A stretch of DNA of 64,000 bases, taken from assembly GCA_002269645.1 (NCBI GenBank), contig NIVC01000976.1:62001-126000 (forward strand). The letters run 5' to 3'. How positions within the stretch are numbered: the stretch's first letter is position 1; the number at the start of each line of letters is the position of its first letter. The position numbers and the translations under genes are program-made. Source of the stretch: Macrostomum lignano. Taxonomy: Eukaryota. The notes beneath the pieces are model-generated. The model was given only the letters and a program-made list of their open reading frames with translations. It was not told where the DNA came from and made no database searches. Below are positions 38,086-50,030 of the stretch, piece after piece.

Positions 38086-38829
38086 TGCCCATCCAACGCA
38101 GCTGATTCCAGTGTAAAACGCGTCCAATCACCTTGCGTGAGGCCTCAATCTCTTGCTATTTAATACGTAATCTGTCTTGTTACTCCTTGATTTCTTTCTA
38201 GTGGCAGATGGACTGACCTGGACTGTTTCAAATATACACGACTGCAGACTTTATTAAAGATGTTTTCTTATTTTCTAGCAGATTTTTCTTCAGTCGATTA
38301 AAATGAATTGAGAATCTTCAATGCGATTTGTTAGTTTAGTTGAGTAATGAGTACATTTTAGTTATTGATAAAAATTTGACTAAAATTTGACACATATGTA
38401 CAAGTTCGGGTATATATTTGCTTTATAAAAAGCCAAGACAAAAATTGTTATAAAACTCGCATTGGGCTGAGTGTTGTACACTTGGAACAAGCGGTTATAT
38501 TGATAAACTAATGGCTATGATTAAGCACTGATAATGACACGCTCAAAAATTGTTTATATTACTAGCATAAAAAACATAATAAGTAGAATATGTCGAAATT
38601 CATTCTCATTTTAACAAAAGTAAGCAGAACGAAAATGGAATACTTAACAAATACATTTTGTCGCCATTGGCAGCTGGTAACACAAACCCTGCAGAGGAGA
38701 GTTTCTAAGAATTTGTACTAATGCGGTCTTTGTTCAGTAGAACGGATAGAGGCGACAGACCTTATACAGCACCTTTGCCTATCGGTTAATAAGTCTATAT
38801 GATCTGTTATGAGCTTTTTGTCTCTCTGT

Positions 38830-39163
38830 AATAAGCCTGTTTGTCTGTCATGAGCATGTTTGTCTGTCCGTCTGCTATGGGCATGTTTGTCTGTCCGTCT
38901 GCTATGGGCATGTTTGTCTGTCTGTTATGAGCCTGTTTGTCTGTCTGTCTGTTATGAGCCTGTTTGTCTGTCCGTCTGTTAGGAGCCTGTTTGTCTGTTA
39001 TGAGCCTGTTTGTCTGTCCGTCTGTTATGAGCCTGTTTGTCTGTCTGTCTGTTATGAGCCTGTTTGTCTGTCCGTCTGTTATGAGCCTGTTTGTCTGTCT
39101 GTCTGTTATGAGCCTGTTTGTCTGTCCGTATGCTATGGGCATGTTTGTCTGTCTGTTATGAGC

Positions 39164-39195
<32 letters not shown>

Positions 39196-39391
39196 TATGA
39201 GCCTGTTTGTCTGTCCGTCTGTTATGAGCCTGTTTGTCTGTCTGTCTGTCTGTTATGAGCCTGTTTGTCTGTCCGTCTGTTATGAGCCTGTTTGTCTGTC
39301 TGTCTGTTATGAGCCTGTTTGTCTGTCTGTCTGTTATGAGCCTGTTTGTCTGTCCGTATGCTATGGGCATGTTTGTCTGTCTGTTATGAGC

Positions 39392-39427
<36 letters not shown>

Positions 39428-39590
39428 TATGAGCCTGTTTGTCTGTCCGTCTGTTATGAGCCTGTTTGTCTGTCTGTCTGTCTGTCTGTTATGAGCCTGT
39501 TTGTCTGTCCGTCTGCTATGAGCCTGTTTGTCTGTCCGTCTGCTATGAGCCTGTTTGTCTGTCTGTTATGAGCCTGTTTGTCTCTGTTAT
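38830..39590. repeat. Compound TCTG-based minisatellite
   Basis: Units of ttatgagcctgtttg plus (tctg)n. Confidence 0.95.
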
Positions 39591-40246
39591 GCACATGCTA
39601 ATCTGTCCAAAAGCAGCAATTTACTAATAAAAAAGTGAATTTCTCTCGTTTCAAAAGCAGCCATGCAGCCACAGAGCCGAAAGCAAGTGAAATCAGGTGA
39701 ACAAAAGTCCCGGAGCTGGCGATGCAGCATAGATGACAGGACGGGTTCTGCTTACCTAGCAAGGTGTAAAATATGGCTACAAACAATAACGGAGGCAATA
39801 ATTATGGCTAATTAATACTAGTCAGTCAGTAGTGCTAGTAGATATACATTTAATAAAAAGTAATTCATTTTTTCAAAAAATCCTGCAGCGACTATCTGGG
39901 AAAAAGTAGTGAATTATTCTTGCTAAATAACAAAATCAACAATGATATATACTGCATAATGAAATCAAAATCAAAAGTTCATTTTTTTAAAAACAAAAAC
40001 ACGAGCAGAAGCTATATATGGAAAAAGAACAGAGATAAAAAGTGCAGCAGTCTGTAAAAAACTGGAGAATTAATTTTTATAAAAGAACGCCGTTAGCAAA
40101 AATTTCGGAGTGCAGCAGAGCCACCAGGCACCTGTCAATCTCAAATCAAAGACAGCTCAATTGGGTTATGGCTAATTAAATATTACTAAAACAATTAAAC
40201 AATAACAAGCAGCTGCCGCCTTCTAGAAGAGAGTTGTTCAGTTCAA

Positions 40247-40331
40247 TCAAGTCTTACGCTGCTGCTGCTGGGCGGCGGTCGAGTCCAACCTGATTGGCCC
40301 GGTGGCCGGTGCCGGGTGCTGTTGAAACCGC

Positions 40332-40373
<42 letters not shown>

Positions 40374-42676
40374 GCTCCCGTGAACAGCTGCAGCTGAGCG
40401 GAGCCGGCCAGGAGGGCCAGCTGGTTGGCGAGCTGCTGGTTGGTCCACTGGTTGGCCAGCGGCTGGCCAGGGAGCGGCATGAGCTGCTGCTGCTGCTGCA
40501 GCTGGTGCTCCTGGAGCATGCGATGACCAACAGGCTGCTGCCTGAAGTGCTGCGGCTGCTGAGGCGGCTGCTGCTGGTTAACGAATTGAGCCGGATTAGG
40601 CGCCTCATGGCGGCTGGCTAGATGTGGATTAGCCGAATACGGATTAGCATGATAATAGGGATTAGCTGGCTGATAAGGATTTGGATTAGCCTGGGGATTA
40701 ACCAGGTGATGAGGATTAGCCTGGGGATTAACCAGGTGATGAGGATTAGGATTAGTCTGAGGATTAGTCTGAGGATTTACCAGGTGATGAGGATTAGCCT
40801 GAGGATTAGGATTAGTCTGAGGATTAACCAGGTGATGGGGATTAGCCTGAGAATTAGGATTAGTCTGAGGATTAACCAGGTGATGAGGATTAACCTGACG
40901 CAGATTAGCCTGTTGAACTTTAGCTTGAGCCGGATTAACCGTTGGCGGTGGATTAGCGGACTGAGGTGGATTAGCGGACTGAGGCGGATTAGCGGGCTTC
41001 TTGAATTCCTCCTGTTGAGAAGGCACCACCGGCTGATCGGCAGACGCAGGCGGGGAGTCGAGCGGCTCGAAGCGGTGGTGCAGCAGCTTGGCGTTCAGAG
41101 CGGCAAGCCGGTCCCGACGGCTCTGCAGTCGCAGGGCGGCGGACTCCAGGGCGCGGTTGTCTCGCTGCAGGCGGTGCAGGCAGGTGAGCAGCGGCGCCAG
41201 CTCGGAGCCGGCCAGCATCTGCATGAGGAAGTCGCCGGTCTGCTGCCACTGCCAGTCCAGCAGGCCGTCCAGCGACAGCCCGGCGCCGGCCGCGCCGCCC
41301 GGATCGTTCAGGTCGCCCAGGCTGAGCCCGGCCGGCAGGCTGGACGGCCCGGCGTAGCCGCCAGCGGCATCGACAGCAGACGGAGCTGCGGCGGCCGATG
41401 CCGGCTGAAACTCCGGGCCCAGGCTGGTCGGGTCCGCCTCCTCGGACGATGGCGAGGACGACGCCTCATCGCCCTCCGCAGCATCATTCTCATCAGACGC
41501 CGCCGCCGACGAAGTGCCGGCTGAGCCGCCATCGCCGCCGAGCTCCGTCGCAGGGCGCAGCAGTGGCAGCCGCTGCGACTTCTTCGGCGGCTGGCGACGA
41601 TCGCGGAGCAGCCGGCGATGCTTCGGCAGACGCTGCTGCGCCGGCGGCTGCGACCGTTTTGTCGCCGACGTCGATGTTGTTGTCGTTCGGCCAGATGTCG
41701 GAGTCGACGTCGAAGCGGCGAGCGTCGGCGGATGCTGGCGCAGGCGCAGCGAGGCGAGCATCGCGCGACGCCGATGACGAAGGGCGACAGCCGAGGCGGC
41801 GGAACCTTTCGTTGTCGTCGGCTGCTGCCGCGGCGTGGGGCGAAGTCGCCGCCTGTCAGAACCGCTTGAACTGGCGGCGCCGCTGTTTTTGAGCAGCTTC
41901 TCGCCGGCCACGCGGGCTCGGGGCGACGGCGTTGGCGGCGGCGGCTTCTTTGGCAGAGTTGTGGCTTCGCCGCTCTCGCCAGCCAGCGGCTGCAGCGGCC
42001 GCATGGCTGGCGATGAGGTGGGCGGAGGCGCGTGCGCCGGGCAGAAGGCTGCGAAGGACGGCTTCTGGCCTGACAGGTCGCCACCGCCGCTGCTGCTGCT
42101 GCTGGCCTGCGAATTACTCACCTGTCTGAGCAGGCCCCTGGCCTGAGCGCAGGTGGCGTGCAGCCCCAGCCGGCACCGCTGGCACCGCAGGGTGGCGCCG
42201 CCTCCGCCGCTGCCGATGGCCTCGACGCCAACCGAGCCGGAGCTGGCGGGGTCGCCGCACAGGCAGCAGGGCCGGGCGAGCCGGTCGGGGGGCAGGCCGG
42301 CCAGCAGGATCGGCTCCAGCCTGGCGAGGTCGCCGAAGCAGACCTCCGGGATGGCCAGGGCGCACAGCACGTGGCACCAGCCGCTGCCGCGGTCCGTCCG
42401 CTTCAGCGGGCCGCCGCGCACCGGGCAGAGCTCGCAGCGGACCCGGGCCGAACGCTCGTGCCGGAACTCGCACCGGCGGCACAGCCAATTCTTTTGTGGT
42501 TCGGAGTTCGAATCCTCAACGACGCCGTAGCAGCCGCGATGCACGGCGACGCCGCCGCACTGGCCGCCGGAGCAGCGGAGCAACTCGGCGCGGCCGCCAG
42601 AGCAGCCGCAGACGCCGCAGACGTTGGCGGCAGTGGTGGAGCCGTTTGAGCTGGGGGCTGCTGGCGTCAGCAACAT
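40247..42676 (-). CDS. MLLT10: AF10/AF17-like protein (PZP module plus OM-LZ), single coding exon, 809 aa
   Basis: ATG at 42676. PZP: VAVHRGCYGVV...WLCRRCE...RVRCELCP..GPLKRTD..WCHVLCALAIPEV...EPI...LHATCAQ. OM-LZ: LDGLLDWQWQQTGDFLMQ...LTCLHRLQRDNRALE...RDRLAALNAKL. Q-rich tail. Confidence 0.92.
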
Positions 42677-42809
42677 CCCCGGGTGTCTGGCGGCGCAGCA
42701 GCAGGCGGCGGGATTTCAGGGCTGAGCGGGGCTTAAAGACTCTGGAATGATGGGGTGGGGATAACTGGGATTTCTGAACCTTATGAGACTTGCTGGCATC
42801 TGGCATCAG

Positions 42810-43480
42810 TCAATGACACCTGGAATCAATCAATGACACCTGGACTCAATCAATGACACCTGGCATCAATAAATGACCCCTGGAATCAATCAATGACACC
42901 TGGAATCAATCAATGACACCTGGACTCAATAAATGACACCTGGAGTCAATCAATGACACCTGGAATCAATCAATGACACCTGGAATCAATCAATGACACC
43001 TGGAATCAATCAATGACACCTGGACTCAATAAATGACACCTGGAATCAATCAATGACACCTGGAATCAATCAATGACACCTGGAATCAATCAATGACACC
43101 TGGACTCAATCAATGACACCTGGACTCAATCAATGACACCTGGACTCAATCAATGACACCTGGAATCAATCAATGACACCTGGAATCAATCAATGACACC
43201 TGGAATCAATCAATGACACCTGGACTCAATCAATGACACCTGGAATCAATCAATGACACCTGGAATCAATCAATGACACCTGGAATCAATCAATGACACC
43301 TGGACTCAATCAATGACACCTGGACTCAATTAAAGACGCCTGGCATCAATCAATGACACCTGGAAACAATCAATGACACCTGGACTCAATCAATGACACC
43401 TGGCATCAATCAATGACGTCTGGCATCAATCAATGACACCTGGCATCAATCAATGACGTCTGGCATCAATCAATGACATC
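42810..43480. repeat. 20 bp minisatellite upstream of AF10
   Basis: Unit tcaatcaatgacacctggaa. Confidence 0.95.
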
Positions 43481-44132
43481 ACTATAAATTCTATGCTTTT
43501 TTCGGCTGTAAAAGTAGGAAGCAAATAAAAAGGATCAATTGTCAGTGAAAAATAATAAAATTGTCAGGCTGAAATCAAACAGTATTATTGCAAGATTTCA
43601 ATATTGAGCCGTTATATAAATGTTAAAACAGCCGTCAATCTAACGAATGAACAGGCTCTTACATATCATAGTATAACAAAACCATGTTATTCACTACTCG
43701 TAGGCAATAAAAATAGTAAAGTACAATATTATTTAGAAAAATATGCACGATAGAACTGCAAGAAATTCATTTTCATGACAGTATAATCGCTAAAATACAG
43801 TGGCTCCAAAAATACTTGAATAAAAAGTGAACGCTTAGCATGATCGAGTGGGCCTAAATGTATATTGTGTGAATCTTAAACTCGGTCAGATATCTCAACA
43901 AAATAAGGAAGCGCGCAGTACTTAGGCAGCGAAAATAATAACCGAATCTACATCTGCCTACTATCACTTAGCCACTGAGTAGTATATGATGGATAAAATC
44001 AATTGACGCTGTGACTAAATTCAATGCTGTGCTTCTTAGTAAATTATAAAATTGACACAAATTTTTGACAATAAAAAATTTCATTTAAAAGGCATGAATG
44101 CATAAATCGGTTTTCTGATCATTATTTTTTTA

Positions 44133-44410
44133 TCTGGGAGGCTGGCCCAGCAACTGAGGATCTGGGAGGCTGGCCCAGCAACTGAGGATCTGGGAGGCTG
44201 GCCCAGCAACTGAGGATCTGGGAGGCTGGCCCAGCAACTGAGGATCTGGGAGGCTGGCCCAGCAACTGAGGATCTGGGAGGCTGGCCCAGCAACTGAGGA
44301 TCTGGGAGGCTGGCCCAGCAACTGAGGATCTGGGAGGCTGGCCCAGCAACTGAGGATCTGGGAGCTTGGCCCAGCAACTGAGGATCTGGGAGGCTGGCCG
44401 AGCAATTGAG
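44133..44410. repeat. 28 bp minisatellite just 3' of the PTP stop
   Basis: Unit gctggcccagcaactgaggatctgggag. Confidence 0.95.
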
Positions 44411-44459
44411 GAGCTGGGAGGGCAGCGGTGGGCCAGCACAGGTTCTCCAGAGTCCGCAG

Positions 44460-47400
44460 TCAGCTGCAAACCCGTCTACACGGCAACCCGTCTGCCCAGG
44501 CGGCAACCCAGAAGGCCAACACGCAGGCCAGGACGGCAGCCGCAGTCGGCACGGGCGGCAGGAGCAGCAGGCGGCGCAGCAGCAGCCGCCAGGTCGCCGG
44601 ACGGCTGCCAGCAGCGGCGGCCGCCAGCCGCATGGCGGCTGCATCGGCGCGGCTTCGCTCGCTGCGCTCAGCCAGCGGCCGGCGCCGCGGACCGCCATGA
44701 GTCGAATACGGCGACGGTGTCGACGGAGGCGTCGGCGAATCGTTGAGGACGTCGCCGTCGCCGTCGTCGAGCCGGTCAGGCAGGGCGGAGCCGCGCCGGC
44801 AGCTGTGCAGGTTGCGGCCCTGGGCTTCGAGGTTTTGCCGCAGCAGCTCCTCGATGTCGGGCTCCGGGGCGGCCAGGGCTGGCGGCGGCCTGTTGGTGGA
44901 TAGGCGGGAGTGCTTAGATTGGTGTGCCCAGATGGCTGGGAGTGCTTAGATTGGTGTGCCCAGATGGCTGGGAGTGCTTAGATTGGTGTGCTCAGATGGC
45001 TGGGAGTGCTTAGATTGGTGTGCTCAGATGGCTGGGAGTGCTTAGATTGGTGTGCTCAGATGGCTGGGAGTGCTTAGATTGGTGTGCCCAGATGGCTGGG
45101 AGTGCTTAGATTGGTGTGCCCAGATGGCTGGGAGTGCTTAGATTGGTGTGCCCAGATGGCTGGGAGTGCTTAGATTGGTGTGCCCAGATGGCTGGGAGTG
45201 CTTAGATTGGTGTGCCCAGATGGCTGGGAGTGCTTAGATTGGTGTGCCCAGATGGCTGGGAGTGCTTAGATTGGTGTGCCCAGATGGCTGGGAGTGCTTA
45301 GATTGGTGTGCTCAGATGGCTGGGAGTGCTTAGATTGGTGTGCCCAGATGGCTGGGAGTGCTTAGATTGGTGTGCTCAGATGGCTGGAGTGCTTAGATTG
45401 GTGTGCCCAGATGGCTGGGAGTGCTTAGATTGGTGTGCCAAAACACATGGAAGTGCTTATGTTGTGAGCTGCGCCTCGCAATGCCCTTGCCCCAAACTCT
45501 GGGCTCTCCGCCCCTCCTCTCCCTGCCACTGGTTTTTTCTGGCTTGCCCCCTCCGTCTAAAGCTGCTATTCATTTTTTGCTCTCACTTTCATCAGCCCAC
45601 ATTTTCATTGGATGGCGTATTTTCATCTCTCTCTCTCTCTCTCTCTCGCGCGCGTGGGCTAGTCCAATCATGTGTCTCGCCGCGGAGGCACCTGATTGGC
45701 TAGCCTTCCCTCTCGCCCTTCAACTCTGTGAGTTTTGCCCCCAACCCCCAGCCCTGCGCTCAGATTAGTACTCCCAGGGTACTAGGAGTGCTCAGATTAG
45801 TACTCCCAGGGTACTAGGAGTGCTCAGATTAGTACTCCCAGGGTACTAGAAGTGCTCAGATTAGTACTCCCAGGGTACTAGGAGTGCTCAGATTAGTACT
45901 CCCAGGGTACTAGGAGTGCTCAGATTAGTACTCCCAGGGAACTAGGAGTGTTCCGATCTGATTAGATTCGTATTCCAGCATTGTAACAATGCCACTAAGC
46001 AACCATGTTATGCTGCTAGGGTTTATTAAACTAATTATAATCAGAGTGCTCAAGCAGAGACGGAATCAGATGTTAAAGAAATATCTAGTGCTCAGAGAGA
46101 CGCCGAGAGCTCAGCTTGACCAAACCAGATATCAATGGAGAGCGGATAGATAGTGCTCAATCAAGCAACAAGCGAATGCTTAGAGCCAATAAAGCACAAG
46201 GAGTGCCCAGAGAGTAAATTGAACCTGCAATTCCTACTCATAGCCAGTGAGCACAGACACTCGCCAGTGCTCAGAATTCCCCTACCGATCCGGGCAGTCC
46301 TCCGGCCGGAACCGGGGCAGGCGGCCGTCACCGGCAGCCAGGAGGCCCCTCGCGCCGGTCACGATCGCCCGGAAGCAGAAGCGCAACTGGCCGGGCGTCT
46401 GCACCAGGCCGGGCCGCTGCGCCCGCATCCTGCGCAGCTCCTGCAGCGGGTCCAGGCCGTACAGGGTGCCCTGCCGGCCGGCGATGGCCAGACAGGAGTC
46501 CACCAGGACGAGGCAGCCGGCCCGTCCGGCCCCGGCCGAGCAGTGGACAATCGGGGCGCCGACGGGTCGTCGAATAGGCCGGCGGCCCGAGCGGCGGCCA
46601 GGTAGTTGAGGAAGGCGGCCGGGCCGGTGGGCGGCTGGCCAAAGTCCGGCCAAGCGGTGAACTGCAGGTGGATAAGGTCGCGAGTTCGAGTCCCGTCGTC
46701 CGCGTCTCCGCCGCTGTGGATCAGCCGGAGCCGCCGTTCGATCCACGGATCGGCGTCAGGGTCGTCGGCGGGGCCGCTTGGCGACTCGCTGAGCAGCTCG
46801 ACAGTCAGGTGCACGTCGGGAAAGTCCAGCCTGGGGCGGGGCGGCGATCCGGGATGTTCGGGCAGCGAGTGCAGATAAATATACCCCTGCTGAACTCGAG
46901 TGTCTTGAATATCCCTTGTTGATTCACTTAAATATCCCTTATTGGTTCACTCAGTTTCCAATCAGTTATCCAATCAATACTCCCACAGAATCAGCCTTGA
47001 TCTCAAATGTAGAAAGCTTTCTCAGCTCACCTGGGCTCCTGGGCAGTGGGATAGTATCTCGCGCACTTCTTCAAGCAGTCGGCCTCCAAGGTGCGGCACA
47101 GCATGAGTACACCTCGACTGCCCGCCTGCCAGGTCATGAGCCAAAAGTGCGAGCTGGTGTGCGGCAACGGACCCTGCGTGATCAGGTACTCGCGACCTGG
47201 GAATGCATTCACAGAAAATTTGCGTTCACAACTCGCTAAAGTAGAATGTAGTCAGTGAGAATAAGCACTTTAAACTAGATATTTTGCTAAAGAGGCAATT
47301 CTCCGGGGTTAGTCAGGGACAGGGAGATGCTGTGTTGGTCAGGGACAGGGGGTCCTGTGTGGTCAGGGACAGGGGGTCCTGTGTGGTCAGGGACAGGGGG

Positions 47401-48711
47401 TTCTGTGTGGTCAGGGACAGGGGGTCCTGTGTTGGTCAGGGACAGGGGGTCCTGTGTTGGTCAGGGACAGGGGGTCCTGTGTTGGTCAGGGACAGGGGGT
47501 CCTGTGTTGGTCAGGGACAGGGGGTCCTGTGTTGGTCAGGGACAGGGGGTCCTGTGTTGGTCAGGGACAGGGGGTCCTGTGTTGGTCAGGGACAGGGGGT
47601 CCTGTGTTGATCAGGGACAGGGGGTCCTGTGTTGGTCAGGGACAGGGGGTCCTGTGTCGGTCAGGGACAGGGGGTCCTGTGTCGGTCAGGGACAGGGGGT
47701 CCTGTGTCGGTCAGGGACAGGGGGTCCTGTGTCGGTCAGGGACAGGGGGTCCAATTGTGTAGGTCAGGGACAGGGGGTCCTGTGTCGGTCAGGGACAGGG
47801 GGTCCAATTGTGTAGGTCAGGGACAGGGGGTCCTGTGTGGTCAGGGACAGAGGGTCCTGTGTTGGTCAGGGACAGGGGGTCCTGTGTTGGTCAGGGACAG
47901 GGGGTCCTGTGTTGGTCAGGGACAGGGGGTCCTGTGTTGGTCAGGGACAGGGGGTCCTGTGTTGGTCAGGGACAGGGGGTCCTGTGTTGGTCAGGGACAG
48001 GGGTCCTGTGTTGGTCAGGGACAGGGGGTCCTGTGTTGGTCAGGGACAGGGGGTCCTGTGTTGATCAGGGACAGGGGGTCCTGTGTTGGTCAGGGACAGG
48101 GGGTCCTGTGTCGGTCAGGGACAGGGGGTCCAACTGTGTAGGTCAGGGACAGGGGGTCCTGTGTTGGTCAGGGACAGGGGGTCCTGTGTTGGTCAGGGAC
48201 AGGGGGTCCTGTGTTGGTCAGGGACAGGGGGTCCTGTGTTGGTCAGGGACAGGGGGTCCTGTGTTGGTCAGGGACAGGGGGTCCTGTGTTGGTCAGGGAC
48301 AGGGGGTCCTGTGTTGGTCAGGGACAGGGGGTCCTGTGTTGGTCAGGGACAGGGGGTCCTGTGTTGGTCAGGGACAGGGGGTCCTGTGTTGGTCAGGGAC
48401 AGGGGGTCCTGTGTTGGTCAGGGACAGGTGACCAAAGCCCCGACCAGAGCCTCACCAGCCCGTCGCAGATCCAGCCTGCTGGCATTGATGTAGTCGCTGC
48501 CGCCAGGCGAGCCGGCCAGCCGGACGCGGCTCCAGTCGTACGGCACCAGATCCGCGTAGCGATTGCGTCGCTCGTTGCCAGGCAACCGGGCGGCGTCGGT
48601 TGTCAAAGCGAACGAGTCGCGCTGAGTTAATCGTTCAACTCGACGCATCGCGTCCGACCAGGCGTCGCGTTCGTCGTTATAATTCAACTCGAGCTCGGCG
48701 TAGGACAGCAT
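44460..48711 (-). CDS. PTPN1: Non-receptor tyrosine phosphatase, PTP1B/TC-PTP (PTPN1/2)-like, with C-terminal hydrophobic anchor; apparent 1-nt frameshift
   Basis: Exons 48711-48456, 47196-47031, 46830-46286 and 44889-44460. Motifs NERRNRYADLVPYD, DYINAS, YLITQGPL, FWLM, KKCARYYP, WPDFG, VHCSAGAGR, GLVQTPGQLRF. The last exon ends ...AAAVLACVLAFWVAAWADGLPCRRVCS*. One C is missing at 46553-46556. Confidence 0.88.
44905..45440. repeat. 32 bp minisatellite, last PTP intron
   Basis: Unit gggagtgcttagattggtgtgcccagatggct. Confidence 0.95.
45757..45950. repeat. 32 bp minisatellite, last PTP intron
   Basis: Unit gctcagattagtactcccagggtactaggagt, 6 copies. Confidence 0.95.
47310..48428. repeat. 25 bp G-rich minisatellite, PTP intron 1
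   Basis: Unit gggacagggggtcctgtgttggtca, more than 40 copies. Confidence 0.95.
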
Positions 48712-49129
48712 CTCCCGGTGGTTCGGATGCGGCGAGGCTGCGGAGTCTTCGGGCTGATGGCGCTGCTGCGGCTCCACCGCTGATTCCGGCACGCCGTTCA
48801 CAGCGAGTTCGGGCGCGCCAGTAGCGCAAGCACTACTAACAGTAGCAGAGTCTGGCAGTGTCCATTCTGAAGGGCCGTCGCCGCTGCCGCCGGTGTCTGC
48901 AGCGGCAGCCTGCCGAACAGCCGTCGTCGACTGCGCAGACAGAAGTTTCGGAAATTCGGGTTGTTAAATATGAAATCCCTGTGATTCTAGGAAGGTAAGA
49001 AAACAGACATCCTGGATAATCCTAGAAAGCTTGGACAGCAATTGTCAGGCATAAAACTGTCGCAATTCTTTAAAAAACAGGCAATTCTTAGAAAGGAATG
49101 GATAGATAGGCCAGGCGATTATAAGAAAA

Positions 49130-50030
49130 AATGGACAGGTAGACGACTCCTAGAAAGGAATAGATAGACATGCGATTCTTAGAAAGGAATAGATAGACAT
49201 GCGATTCTTAGAAAGGAAGAGATAGACATGCATGCGATTCTTAGAAAGGAAGAGATAGACATGCGATTCTTAGAAAGGAATAGATAGACATGCGATTCTT
49301 AGAAAGGAATAGATAGACATGCGATTCTTAGAAAGGAAGAGATAGACATGCATGCGATTCTTAGAAAGGAAGAGATAGACATGCATGCGATTCTTAGAAA
49401 GGAAGAGATAGACATGCGATTCTTAGAAAGGAATGGATAGACATGCGATTCTTAGAAAGTAATGGATAGACATGCGATTCTTAGAAAGGAAGAGATAGAC
49501 ATGCGATTCTTAGAAAGGAAGAGATAGACATGCATGCGATTCTTAGAAAGGAAGAGATAGACGTGCGATTCTTAGAAAGGAAGAGATAGACATGCATGCG
49601 ATTCTTAGAAAGGAAGAGATAGACATGCGATTCTTAGAAAGGAATAGATAGACATGCGATTCTTAGAAAGGAATAGATAGACATGCGATTCTTAGAAAGG
49701 AAGAGATAGACATGCATGCGATTCTTAGAAAGGAATAGATAGACATGCGATTATAAGAAAAAATGAACAGGTAGACGACTCCTAGAAAGGAATAGATAGA
49801 CATGCGATTCTTAGAAAGGAATAGATAGACATGCGATTCTTAGAAAGGAATGGATAGACATGCGATGCTTAGAAAGGAATGGATAGACATGCGATTCTTA
49901 GAAAGGAATAGAATAGACATGCGATTACTAGAAAGGAATAGATAGACATGCGATTCTTAGAAAGGAATAGATAGACATGCGATTCTTAGAAAGGAATAGA
50001 ATAGACATGCGATTCCTAGAAAGTAATCTT
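49130..50030. repeat. ~29 bp minisatellite upstream of the PTP exon
   Basis: Unit gcgattcttagaaaggaatagatagacat. Confidence 0.95.

Noticed and set aside
38807-39571. Long CLSV/TDRQ ORFs (also 36782-37196 and 63385-63777)
   Set aside because: Microsatellite translations.
44406-44903. + strand 165 aa ORF as a separate gene
   Set aside because: It is the antisense of the last PTP exon, which splices in phase and encodes the hydrophobic tail.
47284-48630. Many + strand ORFs with GQGQGVLC repeats
   Set aside because: Minisatellite lacking stop codons, antisense to a PTP intron.
21790-50030. Regularly spaced repeats as CRISPR arrays
   Set aside because: Units are directly adjacent with no unique spacers, lie in eukaryotic introns, and have no cas genes nearby.
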